From IMG/VR virus record IMGVR_UViG_3300030012_002528, positions 28,262-92,261 of that record: DNA of 64,000 nt; one strand, 5' to 3'. Positions 16,797 to 25,568 of the stretch are shown in pieces. Source of the DNA: a virus. Within the stretch, counting starts at the first letter, position 1; each line of letters begins with the position of its first letter. The position numbers and the translations under genes were made by a program. The notes beneath the pieces are model-generated. The model ran no database searches and had not been told where the DNA came from. It saw only the letters and a list, made by a program, of their open reading frames with translations.

Positions 16797-17156
16797 ATGA
16801 AATTACACGAATTAAAATCAGTAGGCAGTTGGATTGACCTTGAAGGGGGTGTAGTGTTTCCCTCACTAAAGCAAGATAGGTACATAGTTAGGTGGTATAG
16901 TCACATTAAAGGCGATTACGAAGAAGTGTATTTGGGTAAGTCCATATCTGATGCAGAAGCAAAGATAGATTCCTTAAAGGGGAGTGGTTATCCATCTTAT
17001 CTACAAAACATTGAATTTACAATCGCTGATGTGCGTTATCCTACCTCTCTAAAAGATGATGAAGTTTCTGAGGAGTGGTATAGTAAATTAAGTGAAAGGG
17101 ATTACGAAATAATCAGAACATTTTTACCTTACTTAAAATTATCTAAAAAGAAATGA
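16797..17156 (+). CDS. hypothetical protein
   Basis: 119 aa. Confidence 0.7.
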   Translation: MKLHELKSVGSWIDLEGGVVFPSLKQDRYIVRWYSHIKGDYEEVYLGKSISDAEAKIDSLKGSGYPSYLQNIEFTIADVRYPTSLKDDEVSEEWYSKLSERDYEIIRTFLPYLKLSKKK

Positions 17157-17338
17157 TGGCAAAGCAAGGTAAGTGGTACAAGCACAAGAGAAGTGGCAAC
17201 GTATGGCAATTAAATTGGTTGGACGTTGAAGACAATGAAGCCGTAATGGTAAAAAGTAGTGGGAAACCTCTGACCAAAAGAATTAAGTTAAAAAACTTTG
17301 AGAGCAATTGGGAAGAGTATTCATATAATTTTAGATAA
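17153..17338 (+). CDS. hypothetical protein
   Basis: 61 aa. Confidence 0.6.
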   Translation: MMAKQGKWYKHKRSGNVWQLNWLDVEDNEAVMVKSSGKPLTKRIKLKNFESNWEEYSYNFR

Positions 17339-17347
17339 AAAGAAATA

Positions 17348-17566
17348 ATGGTAAAGTACTTAGTTATACATAATGGCTCACACCATTTCAAGTTAATAGA
17401 TGCCAATAAAGATACTTACTTTGTTCCGTTTTGGGGAGAAGATGGTTACCACAAATGGTTGGGTAACTATGTACCTACAGATGAAGAGGTCAAGATGGGA
17501 ATGATGGAACGTCACGACTCTTGCTTTTCCAAGTTCGTGGAGGAAGTACACAACATTAAATTTTAG
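17348..17566 (+). CDS. hypothetical protein
   Basis: 72 aa. Confidence 0.65.
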   Translation: MVKYLVIHNGSHHFKLIDANKDTYFVPFWGEDGYHKWLGNYVPTDEEVKMGMMERHDSCFSKFVEEVHNIKF

Positions 17567-17580
17567 ATAAAAAGAATTCG

Positions 17581-17625
17581 TTAACATTTTTTAACAAATG
17601 AATTCACATTTTATTCATATATTTG
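17581..17625 (+). promoter_or_regulatory. TTAACA-pair promoter (21-nt class)
   Basis: TTAACA 17581/17591; TATATTTG 17618. Confidence 0.75.
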
Positions 17626-17645
17626 TGGAAACAACATTAGAAAAC

Positions 17646-17810
17646 ATGAAGGAAATATCAATGAGTACATATCAAGAGATGCGTAACGCAGAGTGGGATA
17701 TGGCAGTAAAAAACAATTTGGTTGAAGATACGAATGACAATTGGGAGAACTTTGACGAATCCTACTACGAATATCTTCTTTGGGAAAAAGGCTACACGAT
17801 AGTCGATTAA
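17646..17810 (+). CDS. small acidic protein
   Basis: ATG 17646 after the promoter (track start lies inside the promoter). Confidence 0.6.
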   Translation: MKEISMSTYQEMRNAEWDMAVKNNLVEDTNDNWENFDESYYEYLLWEKGYTIVD

Positions 17811-17831
17811 ATAATTTTAAATAAAAAAGAC

Positions 17832-18131
17832 GTGAAAGAAAATAAAATAACATTATTTGACCAAGAAATTTACAACACAATTCTAATACATACTGCGAGA
17901 ACGTGGGAACGTATTAGAGTTAAGCAACCACATCGAGAAATGGCTTTAGACAATATAGGCTCAACAGAATGTATTGAACAAGTAGCAATTCATATCATTT
18001 ATGACGATGTTATCCAAGAGTTCTTAGAAACAAGAGATGGAGAGGTGTGGGCAAAAGTAGATGGTGGTACAAGTGATTCTTACATCGAATCAATGGCAGA
18101 AGAAACAATAACAAAACATTATCTTAAATAA
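17832..18131 (+). CDS. hypothetical protein
   Basis: 99 aa. Confidence 0.65.
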   Translation: MKENKITLFDQEIYNTILIHTARTWERIRVKQPHREMALDNIGSTECIEQVAIHIIYDDVIQEFLETRDGEVWAKVDGGTSDSYIESMAEETITKHYLK

Positions 18132-18137
18132 AAAGAA

Positions 18138-18281
18138 ATGAAAGAAATTAAATATCAAGGGATGGAAATTGGAATCTATTACTACATAGATGAAAAAACT
18201 AATCAAAAGGTTTACGATGTAGAGTACATCAGAGAAGAATTCGAAAGTAAACTTGAGGAACTTTTAAATGAGGACAAATGA
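18138..18281 (+). CDS. small protein (47 aa)
   Basis: MKEIKYQGMEIGIYYYIDE..., fills the gap and overlaps the next ATG. Confidence 0.6.
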   Translation: MKEIKYQGMEIGIYYYIDEKTNQKVYDVEYIREEFESKLEELLNEDK

Positions 18282-18619
18282 AAGAGAACAAGTTAATAGC
18301 AGAGTTTGAGCAGTTACCTACAGAGGTATTCAAGCCAAATGATATTTTGAACTATTACCACAATGGTGCTTGGTATGAGGAACACGAACTATCTTATGAA
18401 ATATCTTGGGATTGGTTGATGCCTGTAGTGGAGAAGATAAACTTATTAGACGATTATAGATACACTTTCCTTATTGCTTCAATGGATACTCAAATTGTAG
18501 ACAACATCACGAATGATGTGATTGTAGAGGTCAGTTGCAAACACTCTGTTGACGAGTTAATTAAAAGTGTGTACGAAGCAGTCGTAGAATTTATTAAACA
18601 ATTAAATAAGGAATCATGA
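18278..18619 (+). CDS. Phage ABA-sandwich-like paralog 1
   Basis: ENKLIAEF...SWDWLMPVVEKI...YEAVVEFIK. Confidence 0.7.
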   Translation: MKENKLIAEFEQLPTEVFKPNDILNYYHNGAWYEEHELSYEISWDWLMPVVEKINLLDDYRYTFLIASMDTQIVDNITNDVIVEVSCKHSVDELIKSVYEAVVEFIKQLNKES

Positions 18620-19011
18620 AAGAGAATAAGTTAATAGCAGAATTTATGGGTGCGAAACCCATTGTACTTGGTAACTCAACCGAATATGAAATGTATGGGA
18701 TTGTCGAATGCATCAATGATGGTGTAGATGAAAAGCATTTTTTTATTGATGATGAAATGGAATACCACACATCTTGGGATTGGTTGATGCCCGTAGTGGA
18801 GAGGATTAGGGGACTTGAAGAAGGTATGTTAGTAGAGAGGATAGACATTATGCCAAACGATGGAGTAGCAATTCATTATTCGCACCCACCTAAGATGATT
18901 GTAGTAGACACATCAAAACGTGTAAATACTTTAAATGCTACCTACGATGCAGTCGTGAAGTTTATTGAAGAATATAATAAAGTAAAAAGAAATGAGTTAC
19001 AAGGTCTTTGA
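18616..19011 (+). CDS. Phage ABA-sandwich-like paralog 2
   Basis: same three conserved blocks. Confidence 0.7.
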   Translation: MKENKLIAEFMGAKPIVLGNSTEYEMYGIVECINDGVDEKHFFIDDEMEYHTSWDWLMPVVERIRGLEEGMLVERIDIMPNDGVAIHYSHPPKMIVVDTSKRVNTLNATYDAVVKFIEEYNKVKRNELQGL

Positions 19012-19074
19012 ATTGCTAATGATATTAGGTATAATTACTTTGAGTGGAATGTTTTTACTTAGTTTTATTTTGCT

Positions 19075-19119
19075 TTAACATTTCTTAACAAACGCCCATC
19101 GGAATAATTTGTATATTTA
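19075..19119 (+). promoter_or_regulatory. TTAACA-pair promoter (21-nt class)
   Basis: TTAACA 19075/19085; TATATTTA 19112. Confidence 0.7.
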
Positions 19120-19143
19120 CATCAGAAAAAAACAACAGAAAAT

Positions 19144-20151
19144 ATGGAAAACTTAAAACTGATAAAAGAAGGATTAGGGGAATTGAATATGAACCTACTT
19201 ACATCGTCTGAGATAGACGATATGAATGACCGACTAAGACAAGGTCACACAATATGGATGGCGAATGAAAGGATTCGTGAGAAGATATGGAACGAACGTC
19301 TATCCCTTAACAATTGGGCAAAGGATACATTCAAAGAAATTTTCCAAGACTTAATGTTTGGAATCTTGGAATGCTATGCTGATGCATCTTCAGATGATAG
19401 GGGATTAGTGATTGATGGCGATGACTCTGACAAGAGTTTCTTGATAGAAACTGAGTACAGATACGACCATATGTTTGTAAAATTTAGATGTGGGGAAGCC
19501 AAGAATCTACATTGGCATTCCGATGTGACTATTGTACTACGTACTCCTCACAAAGGAACTAGTCTTCATGATGCTGAACCTTTGTTCGAAGTAAAAATGG
19601 ATTTACCTAAATTAAGTTCGAGCAAAGACGATAGAAAGTTTTTTGACTACGATGATAACATAGAGTTCTTAGAATCGAGAGTAAAAGTATTCGAGTTTAT
19701 TCGCAGTAAGAAAAGCGAAATAGATAGTTTTTTATTTGATTTAAAAATTCGGTACAATCATTTTATTGCGTGTGAAGAAACGCAGTCTAAGTACAAAGTA
19801 GAGATTCCAAGAGAGTTTAGTGGTAGTGCTGAGTCAATGGTAAGAAATGCATTGATGGAAAAGTTTAAGGAAGGTCACGAGATACTTGTACCTACTCAGT
19901 TAGGTACTGATAAGTATTTTGGATTGGAAGCAAGGGATTGGCGTATAAGTGGAGGTCACTCTTTTAAATTACTTAAAACGAATAAGCGAGATGGCGACAT
20001 CAAAAGTTATCGCATAGAGATAACTGATGGCACATTAAAGGGTAGAGATATGTTAATCGAATCATATGCTATATACCATCTATTTGATAAGATAGCGAAT
20101 GAAGATGTAGTGACCACCGAAGCAGAGACTATCGAAGAGAATTTCAGTTAA
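19144..20151 (+). CDS. hypothetical protein
   Basis: 335 aa with its own promoter and terminator. Confidence 0.8.
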   Translation: MENLKLIKEGLGELNMNLLTSSEIDDMNDRLRQGHTIWMANERIREKIWNERLSLNNWAKDTFKEIFQDLMFGILECYADASSDDRGLVIDGDDSDKSFLIETEYRYDHMFVKFRCGEAKNLHWHSDVTIVLRTPHKGTSLHDAEPLFEVKMDLPKLSSSKDDRKFFDYDDNIEFLESRVKVFEFIRSKKSEIDSFLFDLKIRYNHFIACEETQSKYKVEIPREFSGSAESMVRNALMEKFKEGHEILVPTQLGTDKYFGLEARDWRISGGHSFKLLKTNKRDGDIKSYRIEITDGTLKGRDMLIESYAIYHLFDKIANEDVVTTEAETIEENFS

Positions 20152-20169
20152 TTTGTTTTTTCGTGTTTT

Positions 20170-20196
20170 GCCCCACCTGTAGTGGGTGGGGTTTTT
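20170..20196 (+). terminator. intrinsic terminator
   Basis: GCCCCACCT-GTAGT-GGGTGGGGT + T5. Confidence 0.75.
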
Positions 20197-20239
20197 AACA
20201 TCTCTTAACATAATAATTAACATTTTATTAATATATTTG
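20195..20239 (+). promoter_or_regulatory. TTAACA-pair promoter (21-nt class)
   Basis: TTAACA 20195/20205; TATATTTG 20232. Confidence 0.75.
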
Positions 20240-20259
20240 TGAAAACAAAATTAGAAAAT

Positions 20260-20799
20260 ATGGGATACGTAGCAAACTACACAAAAGAAAGCATTGATTA
20301 CCGAGAAGACTTAGCACTACTAAGAGTGATAGGTGTACCACTAAAGTATAATGAAGAGAAGGGTTGGGAATGCATAATTGAGGATTCTGAATTTACTTAC
20401 GATTTAAGCCATACTACAGATGACAAATGGCAGTCAGTAGATTCAATATATAAGTCTTGGAGATGTGTCTTCTTTATTGCGAGAGAAGTATGTACTTCCA
20501 TAGGGAGTGCAACACACAGAATATCTTCTTTAAAAGAATCTTTAGCAGAAGCCTTACTGCATCACGATAAAATTATGGTAATGGATTGTGCCAAACGTCT
20601 TGCAATGGAAAAATCAAAAGTAACAGATGCAAAGGTTCTACGTGAACGATTGATGCACTATTACGAATTTGATTTAGGTAATAACCTCATTAGTGAGTTA
20701 GAGTTGGACAAGTTAATTAAATTGTACTTGACAAATGATGCCGAGAGGATAGCATTCCTTGATAGTTACATAGAGTACTTAATTGAGATAAACGCTTAG
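20260..20799 (+). CDS. hypothetical protein
   Basis: ATG 20260 (AAATTAGAAAATATG) downstream of the promoter. Confidence 0.7.
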   Translation: MGYVANYTKESIDYREDLALLRVIGVPLKYNEEKGWECIIEDSEFTYDLSHTTDDKWQSVDSIYKSWRCVFFIAREVCTSIGSATHRISSLKESLAEALLHHDKIMVMDCAKRLAMEKSKVTDAKVLRERLMHYYEFDLGNNLISELELDKLIKLYLTNDAERIAFLDSYIEYLIEINA

Positions 20800-20801
20800 A
20801 G

Positions 20802-20999
20802 ATGCAGAGTAACGAATACGTAATTTACGACAGAGCAAACGATAGAATGCTACGTTTTGAGGAGAGTGGAGAGGTAATCATCTTTGGCAACAAGCAAGAA
20901 GCAATTGATGACTTGTACGGAAACGAAGAGGTTGTAGCGATTGCAGACTTGTCAAACGATAATAAACAAATTATCTTAAAACAAATCGAAAATGAGTGA
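20802..20999 (+). CDS. hypothetical protein
   Basis: 65 aa. Confidence 0.65.
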   Translation: MQSNEYVIYDRANDRMLRFEESGEVIIFGNKQEAIDDLYGNEEVVAIADLSNDNKQIILKQIENE

Positions 21000-21183
21000 G
21001 GTATTGATGGACAACTTTGGATTGGAGTGGAAGACTAGCAAAGGAGAGATAACCTATGGCGATTGGGCATACAATTGGGATAGTGGCGATGTGGTAGGTG
21101 TAGATGAAGATGATGATTTATATCTAAGAAATGAAACTTGCACAAAGGTAGTTCCGTTTGATGAAGCAAATGATTGGTTTTAA
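20992..21183 (+). CDS. hypothetical protein
   Basis: 63 aa. Confidence 0.6.
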   Translation: MSEVLMDNFGLEWKTSKGEITYGDWAYNWDSGDVVGVDEDDDLYLRNETCTKVVPFDEANDWF

Positions 21184-21193
21184 TTAAAAAGAA

Positions 21194-21418
21194 ATGGAAG
21201 AGAATAGATTAATAGCAGAATTTATGGACGTTAATCTCATTGAAGGTCAACGTGGAGACTACCACACCTCATGGGATTGGTTGATTCCCGTAGTGGAGAA
21301 GTGTTTTCAAGAAGAAGGTAAACACTACGTCATTAACGATGCACTACTAACCATCAACATAGATGAAGTTCACGAAGCAGTCGTGAAATTTATTAAGGAA
21401 TACAATAAGAAATCGTGA
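21194..21418 (+). CDS. Phage ABA-sandwich-like paralog 3
   Basis: ENRLIAEFM...YHTSWDWLIPVVEK...HEAVVKFIK. Confidence 0.7.
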   Translation: MEENRLIAEFMDVNLIEGQRGDYHTSWDWLIPVVEKCFQEEGKHYVINDALLTINIDEVHEAVVKFIKEYNKKS

Positions 21419-21729
21419 AAGAAAATAAACTAATTGCAGACTTTATGGGTGTGCAATACAAGTCAGATGAAGACTACTTTAAAGAGTTGGCAGAGATGCG
21501 AGAAGATGGTATCTTCTACGAGCAAGGATATATGGAGAGTCAACTCAACTACCACGAGTCTTGGGATTGGTTAATGCCTGTAGTAGGTAAAATAACACGA
21601 GATGAAAAGTATTGGGAGAACGAATACCGAGAGTATCTAATGGATATTATTCCTTACGCAATCATAGAAGATGTCTACGATGCAGTAGTAGGATTTATCA
21701 AAAATTGTGTATCTTTAGAGAAAGAATAG
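21415..21729 (+). CDS. Phage ABA-sandwich-like paralog 4
   Basis: ENKLIADFM...YHESWDWLMPVVGKI...YDAVVGFIK. Confidence 0.7.
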   Translation: MKENKLIADFMGVQYKSDEDYFKELAEMREDGIFYEQGYMESQLNYHESWDWLMPVVGKITRDEKYWENEYREYLMDIIPYAIIEDVYDAVVGFIKNCVSLEKE

Positions 21730-21731
21730 AG

Positions 21732-22223
21732 ATGAATATATTTGTACTACATAAAGACCCAATTGTATCTGCAAAGATGCATTGCGACAAGCACGTACCT
21801 AAGATGGTCGTGGAGTTATATCAGCAGATAGGCTCTGCCTTGCGTAGGTATGGTGCAACAGATGATGTTATGCCGACAACCAAAGGTGGTACGCCATTGA
21901 AAGGTGGCTACCACAATCATCCTTGTACACGATGGGTAGGAGATAGCCGAGATAATTTTAGATGGGCAGTACAACATGGGTTAGCGTTGTGCGAGGAATT
22001 TAAACTTAGATACAATAAACCTCACTACTGCGAGGATGGTATCCGTATGATGGGAGAGTTGGCAGACTTGATTCCTCAAGGGGAGTTGACTGAGTTTGCT
22101 CAAGCAATGCCCGATGAATGCAGACAACCAAGTGCAGTACTTGCGTATCGTATCTACTACAAAGTAGATAAGTCACGCTTTGCTAAGTGGGAGAGAGGAA
22201 GAGAAGCACCGAGTTGGTGGTAA
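21732..22223 (+). CDS. pyrimidine-dimer DNA glycosylase (DenV-like) family protein
   Basis: MNIFVL...HCDKHVPKM..E..Q, HNHPCTRW, FAQAMP, AYR.YY. Confidence 0.8.
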   Translation: MNIFVLHKDPIVSAKMHCDKHVPKMVVELYQQIGSALRRYGATDDVMPTTKGGTPLKGGYHNHPCTRWVGDSRDNFRWAVQHGLALCEEFKLRYNKPHYCEDGIRMMGELADLIPQGELTEFAQAMPDECRQPSAVLAYRIYYKVDKSRFAKWERGREAPSWW

Positions 22224-22245
22224 TGTTAATTTTAAATAAAAAGAA

Positions 22246-22563
22246 ATGACTGATAAGTTAGTTAATTCGCTATGGGAAGCGATAGAAAGAGAAGGATATT
22301 TTAAAGAAGATGTTTTAAGTTCGTCACGTAAGCGTGAGTTTGTAGATGTTCGTGTTGCTTTATCCCAATTACTTTATTATAGATTAGGACTTACGCAGTA
22401 CAAAATTGCACTAATTCTTAATCGCCATGAGCATTCTACTATAAATCATTATGTCAATCACATGGATGAGAGAGATAATTTTGATTACAAAGAACTGACA
22501 AGGGTACTCAATAGAGTTGTAGACAAATACGAGGAACACATTGAAAAATTTCAGTACGCATGA
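22246..22563 (+). CDS. DnaA domain IV-like HTH protein
   Basis: SSRKREFVDVR...LTQYKIALILNRHEHSTINH. Confidence 0.75.
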   Translation: MTDKLVNSLWEAIEREGYFKEDVLSSSRKREFVDVRVALSQLLYYRLGLTQYKIALILNRHEHSTINHYVNHMDERDNFDYKELTRVLNRVVDKYEEHIEKFQYA

Positions 22564-22931
22564 AAAGTAATTTAGTTGATGAACTTTGGCAAGTCGTTGA
22601 GAATCAAGGATTTAACAAAGAAGAAATTGTAGGCAGTTCACGTAAGCGTGACTTAGTTGATGTGCGAATAGCAATGGCTCACGTATTACATTTTAGAGTG
22701 GGAATGACTCAATCAAAGATAGCCAAGATACTTGGACTTGCAGACCACACTACTATCAATCATTATGTTAACAAATGTAAAGCACGTAATGATTATGATT
22801 ATAGAATAATGATGAACGAGTTTGCAGAAGTTATTGAGAAGTATGAGGATGCTGAAATTTTAAATGAGATAAAAAAAGTTTGGAATAAGCATAAGGGAGG
22901 TATGTTAGATTTTTATCCACCAATAGACTAA
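22560..22931 (+). CDS. DnaA domain IV-like HTH protein (tandem paralog)
   Basis: SSRKRDLVDVR...MTQSKIAKILGLADHTTINH. Confidence 0.75.
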   Translation: MKSNLVDELWQVVENQGFNKEEIVGSSRKRDLVDVRIAMAHVLHFRVGMTQSKIAKILGLADHTTINHYVNKCKARNDYDYRIMMNEFAEVIEKYEDAEILNEIKKVWNKHKGGMLDFYPPID

Positions 22932-22932
22932 T

Positions 22933-23154
22933 ATGAAAGCACGATTAGATAAAAAAGACGAGCAACTAAAAGTTGCTAAACATTATCTTTTGGAAGCGAG
23001 GACTTCTATCCTCAAGGCAAATAAGATTGCAGAGAACTTACACGAGGAAACTCAAAACGAATTAAATAAAAAAGTCATCTTATTGATTACTGAGATTGAG
23101 ATGATGGAGAAGGCTTTTGAGTGGGAACTTGATGAAAGTTTTAACATTTCTTAA
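22933..23154 (+). CDS. coiled-coil hypothetical protein
   Basis: 73 aa. Confidence 0.6.
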   Translation: MKARLDKKDEQLKVAKHYLLEARTSILKANKIAENLHEETQNELNKKVILLITEIEMMEKAFEWELDESFNIS

Positions 23155-23185
23155 CATTTGATGTCAAAAATAATCCATATATTTG
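23141..23185 (+). promoter_or_regulatory. TTAACA-pair promoter (21-nt class)
   Basis: TTAACA 23141/23151; TATATTTG 23178. Confidence 0.75.
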
Positions 23186-23207
23186 TGTAAACAAATTATT
23201 AAATACT

Positions 23208-23645
23208 ATGAAACAAGTTTGGAAATTCAATGATGGAGGTAGAGCAGATGCAGGGTTCAAAGGACTCACAGGGGATTGTGGGGTTCGTGCTTTGGCTATC
23301 GCCTTGCAACTACCTTACAAAGAAGTCTATGACAAGGTTAATGAGTTCTGTAAAGAAGAGAAGCCGAGTAAGAGACGTAGAGGTAAGTCCTCTGCAAGAA
23401 CAGGTATTCACACTCACACCTTTCATAAGATAACCGAACACTATGGATTAAAATGGATTCCTAAGATGACTATTGGTTCGGGGTGTACCACGCATCTTAG
23501 AGAAGACGAATTACCAAAGGGAAGGATTATATGTAGAGTGAGTAGACATTATACGGCAGTAGTTGACGGCACCATCAACGACACATATGATTGTTCAAGA
23601 GGAGGTACGAGAGCCGTATATGGATATTGGGTATTACCTTGTTAA
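23208..23645 (+). CDS. conserved phage protein, possible papain-like fold
   Basis: GDCGVRALAIA...RHYTAVVDG..NDT (candidate Cys/His/Asp triad). Confidence 0.55.
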   Translation: MKQVWKFNDGGRADAGFKGLTGDCGVRALAIALQLPYKEVYDKVNEFCKEEKPSKRRRGKSSARTGIHTHTFHKITEHYGLKWIPKMTIGSGCTTHLREDELPKGRIICRVSRHYTAVVDGTINDTYDCSRGGTRAVYGYWVLPC

Positions 23646-23686
23646 CATTTTTTAACAAACGATTAACAAGTAAATTATTAACTTAG
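23642..23686 (+). promoter_or_regulatory. TTAACA-pair promoter (21-nt class)
   Basis: TTAACA 23642/23652; TAACTTAG 23679. Confidence 0.7.
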
Positions 23687-23702
23687 AGTAAAATTAGAAA
23701 CT

Positions 23703-24209
23703 ATGGGATTAGATATGTATTTTTCAAGACGTACTTACGTTGGTAAATTAAAAAACACTAAAGATAGTGACGATAGGTGGAGTGAGCGAGATGTCAACAA
23801 CATGGAACTTAAATTTGATGATGCTGACCTTTCGCACATAAACCTAAAGAATGTTCGGTACATCGAAGAAGTCTTTGGAGAGTTTAGAAAGTTCAATGCT
23901 CTTCATGGATATGTAGTAGACAACTTTGCGAGTGGAGTAGACAACTGCCAAGTTATTTACTTAGATATAAATGAATTGATACAAATACACGAGATGTTAT
24001 CTTTAGTTAAAGAGAGTCTTAGTATTGGGGATAAGGTTATCGCAGGGCAAACACTACCACCACAAGAAGGTTTCTTCTTTGGTAGCACCGAGATAGATAA
24101 GTGGTACGAGCAAGATGTGAACGAAGCAGTTGAGGTGTTCGGTAAAATTATCGAAGAGCATTCGATTGTTGGTTACGATGCAAGTTATTCATATCAAGCG
24201 AGTTGGTAG
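23703..24209 (+). CDS. conserved phage protein (MGLDMY family)
   Basis: MGLDMY, RK.N..H, GFFFGS, YQASW. Confidence 0.75.
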   Translation: MGLDMYFSRRTYVGKLKNTKDSDDRWSERDVNNMELKFDDADLSHINLKNVRYIEEVFGEFRKFNALHGYVVDNFASGVDNCQVIYLDINELIQIHEMLSLVKESLSIGDKVIAGQTLPPQEGFFFGSTEIDKWYEQDVNEAVEVFGKIIEEHSIVGYDASYSYQASW

Positions 24210-24211
24210 TT

Positions 24212-24499
24212 ATGAAGTATGTATTACCTATTGATTACACTAAACTACATTCAAGAGAACGTAGAAAAGTCAGAGAGCAATACATTTCAGAACAAAAAGG
24301 TAAGTGTTATTATTGTGGGGGTGATTTAAGTAAAGAGCCTCCACAATACATAACAGAGAAAGAAATCAATTGGGATTTATTTCCACCTAACTTTTTAAAG
24401 TATCCTGTTCACTTACAACACAATCACGATACAGGGATGACAGAAGGTGCAGTACACGCTTATTGTAATGCAGTTATGTGGGAATACGAAGGAAGATAA
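24212..24499 (+). CDS. endonuclease VII-like His-Me finger protein
   Basis: Q.GKCYYC...HLQHNHDTG...GAVHAYCN. Confidence 0.7.
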   Translation: MKYVLPIDYTKLHSRERRKVREQYISEQKGKCYYCGGDLSKEPPQYITEKEINWDLFPPNFLKYPVHLQHNHDTGMTEGAVHAYCNAVMWEYEGR

Positions 24500-24501
24500 T
24501 T

Positions 24502-24807
24502 ATGAGTAAAAAACTTAAAACAGAGCAAGTAAAATTGCAATTAGAGGTGCAGTCTAATGGAATTAACATTGTGTGTTGTGCTAACTGCGACACAATTCTA
24601 CTGCACAGAATAAACGATAAGCATATCGTATGTCACGATTGTGGGGAGCATATGGCACTGAATGATTGTTGTGACCTATACTATGAGGATATGCCTAACT
24701 CGTTCCCAATAAGGGACAAGGTAAAAGGGGGGATGCCTATTCAACGTGATGCTATAAATGTATGGAGGAATAGTAATCCTAATGATGACTATATATTCTA
24801 TCACTAG
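24502..24807 (+). CDS. Zn-ribbon protein
   Basis: CANC...CHDC...DCCDLYY. Confidence 0.6.
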   Translation: MSKKLKTEQVKLQLEVQSNGINIVCCANCDTILLHRINDKHIVCHDCGEHMALNDCCDLYYEDMPNSFPIRDKVKGGMPIQRDAINVWRNSNPNDDYIFYH

Positions 24808-24885
24808 TATGAATGATTTGATAGTATTGGCTATTTGCCTTTTTGTAACGTGGATTAGTTTAAGATAAATTAAAAATTAGAAATT

Positions 24886-25548
24886 ATGCCGAATTGGTGT
24901 TTAAATAGATTAGAAGTGTGTGGGACTAAAGAACATATGTCTGAGTTCTACAGAATAATTGACTTGAGTGGTGGTAACTTTTGTATGGAAAGTTTTATGC
25001 CGACTCCAAGAAAACAGACAGACAAGGGTGGAGAAGAACTAAGAGATGATTGGTACGAATGGAGATGTTCTCATTGGGGTACTAAATGGGATGTAGATTC
25101 TATAAGTAGTTATGAGAATCAAAGAGATGATGATTACTATTCAATAGGTTATGATACGGCTTGGTCACCTAACGTAGAGTTTATTTTAACTATCTCTAAA
25201 GCATTCCCTAACCTATCGTTTACTTTGGAGTATGAGGAATGTGGTTGCCAAATCGCAGGAGAGGTTAAAATACAGAACGGAGAAGAGTTAGAACACACGC
25301 ACCACCCTTACTATAGCGTATGGTTCAAGTTATTGGAAGATAATAAGTTTGAGTTCGTAGAAATAACGATGGCTGATAATGGTAGTGGGGATATGTTGTA
25401 TGATAACAATTACGAATGTTGTACTGAATTGGCTGATAGGTTGCCCGAAGCAATAGAAAACGTTACCTATGTAGATGAATTGCAAGGGTGTGGAGAAATA
25501 ATTAACGAAAATGATTTGGATAAGTCACTGAATAGTCTTATTTTGTAA
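24886..25548 (+). CDS. YubB/Api92-like ferredoxin-fold protein (DUF1281-like)
   Basis: MPNWC.N.L, WYEWR..HWGTKWD, TAWSP. Confidence 0.75.
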   Translation: MPNWCLNRLEVCGTKEHMSEFYRIIDLSGGNFCMESFMPTPRKQTDKGGEELRDDWYEWRCSHWGTKWDVDSISSYENQRDDDYYSIGYDTAWSPNVEFILTISKAFPNLSFTLEYEECGCQIAGEVKIQNGEELEHTHHPYYSVWFKLLEDNKFEFVEITMADNGSGDMLYDNNYECCTELADRLPEAIENVTYVDELQGCGEIINENDLDKSLNSLIL

Positions 25549-25568
25549 AAAGTTTAAAAATAGATACA

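Noticed and set aside
18278-21729. Diversity-generating retroelement behind the paralog family
   Set aside because: No reverse transcriptase in the window; differences are whole inserts, not adenine-specific substitutions.
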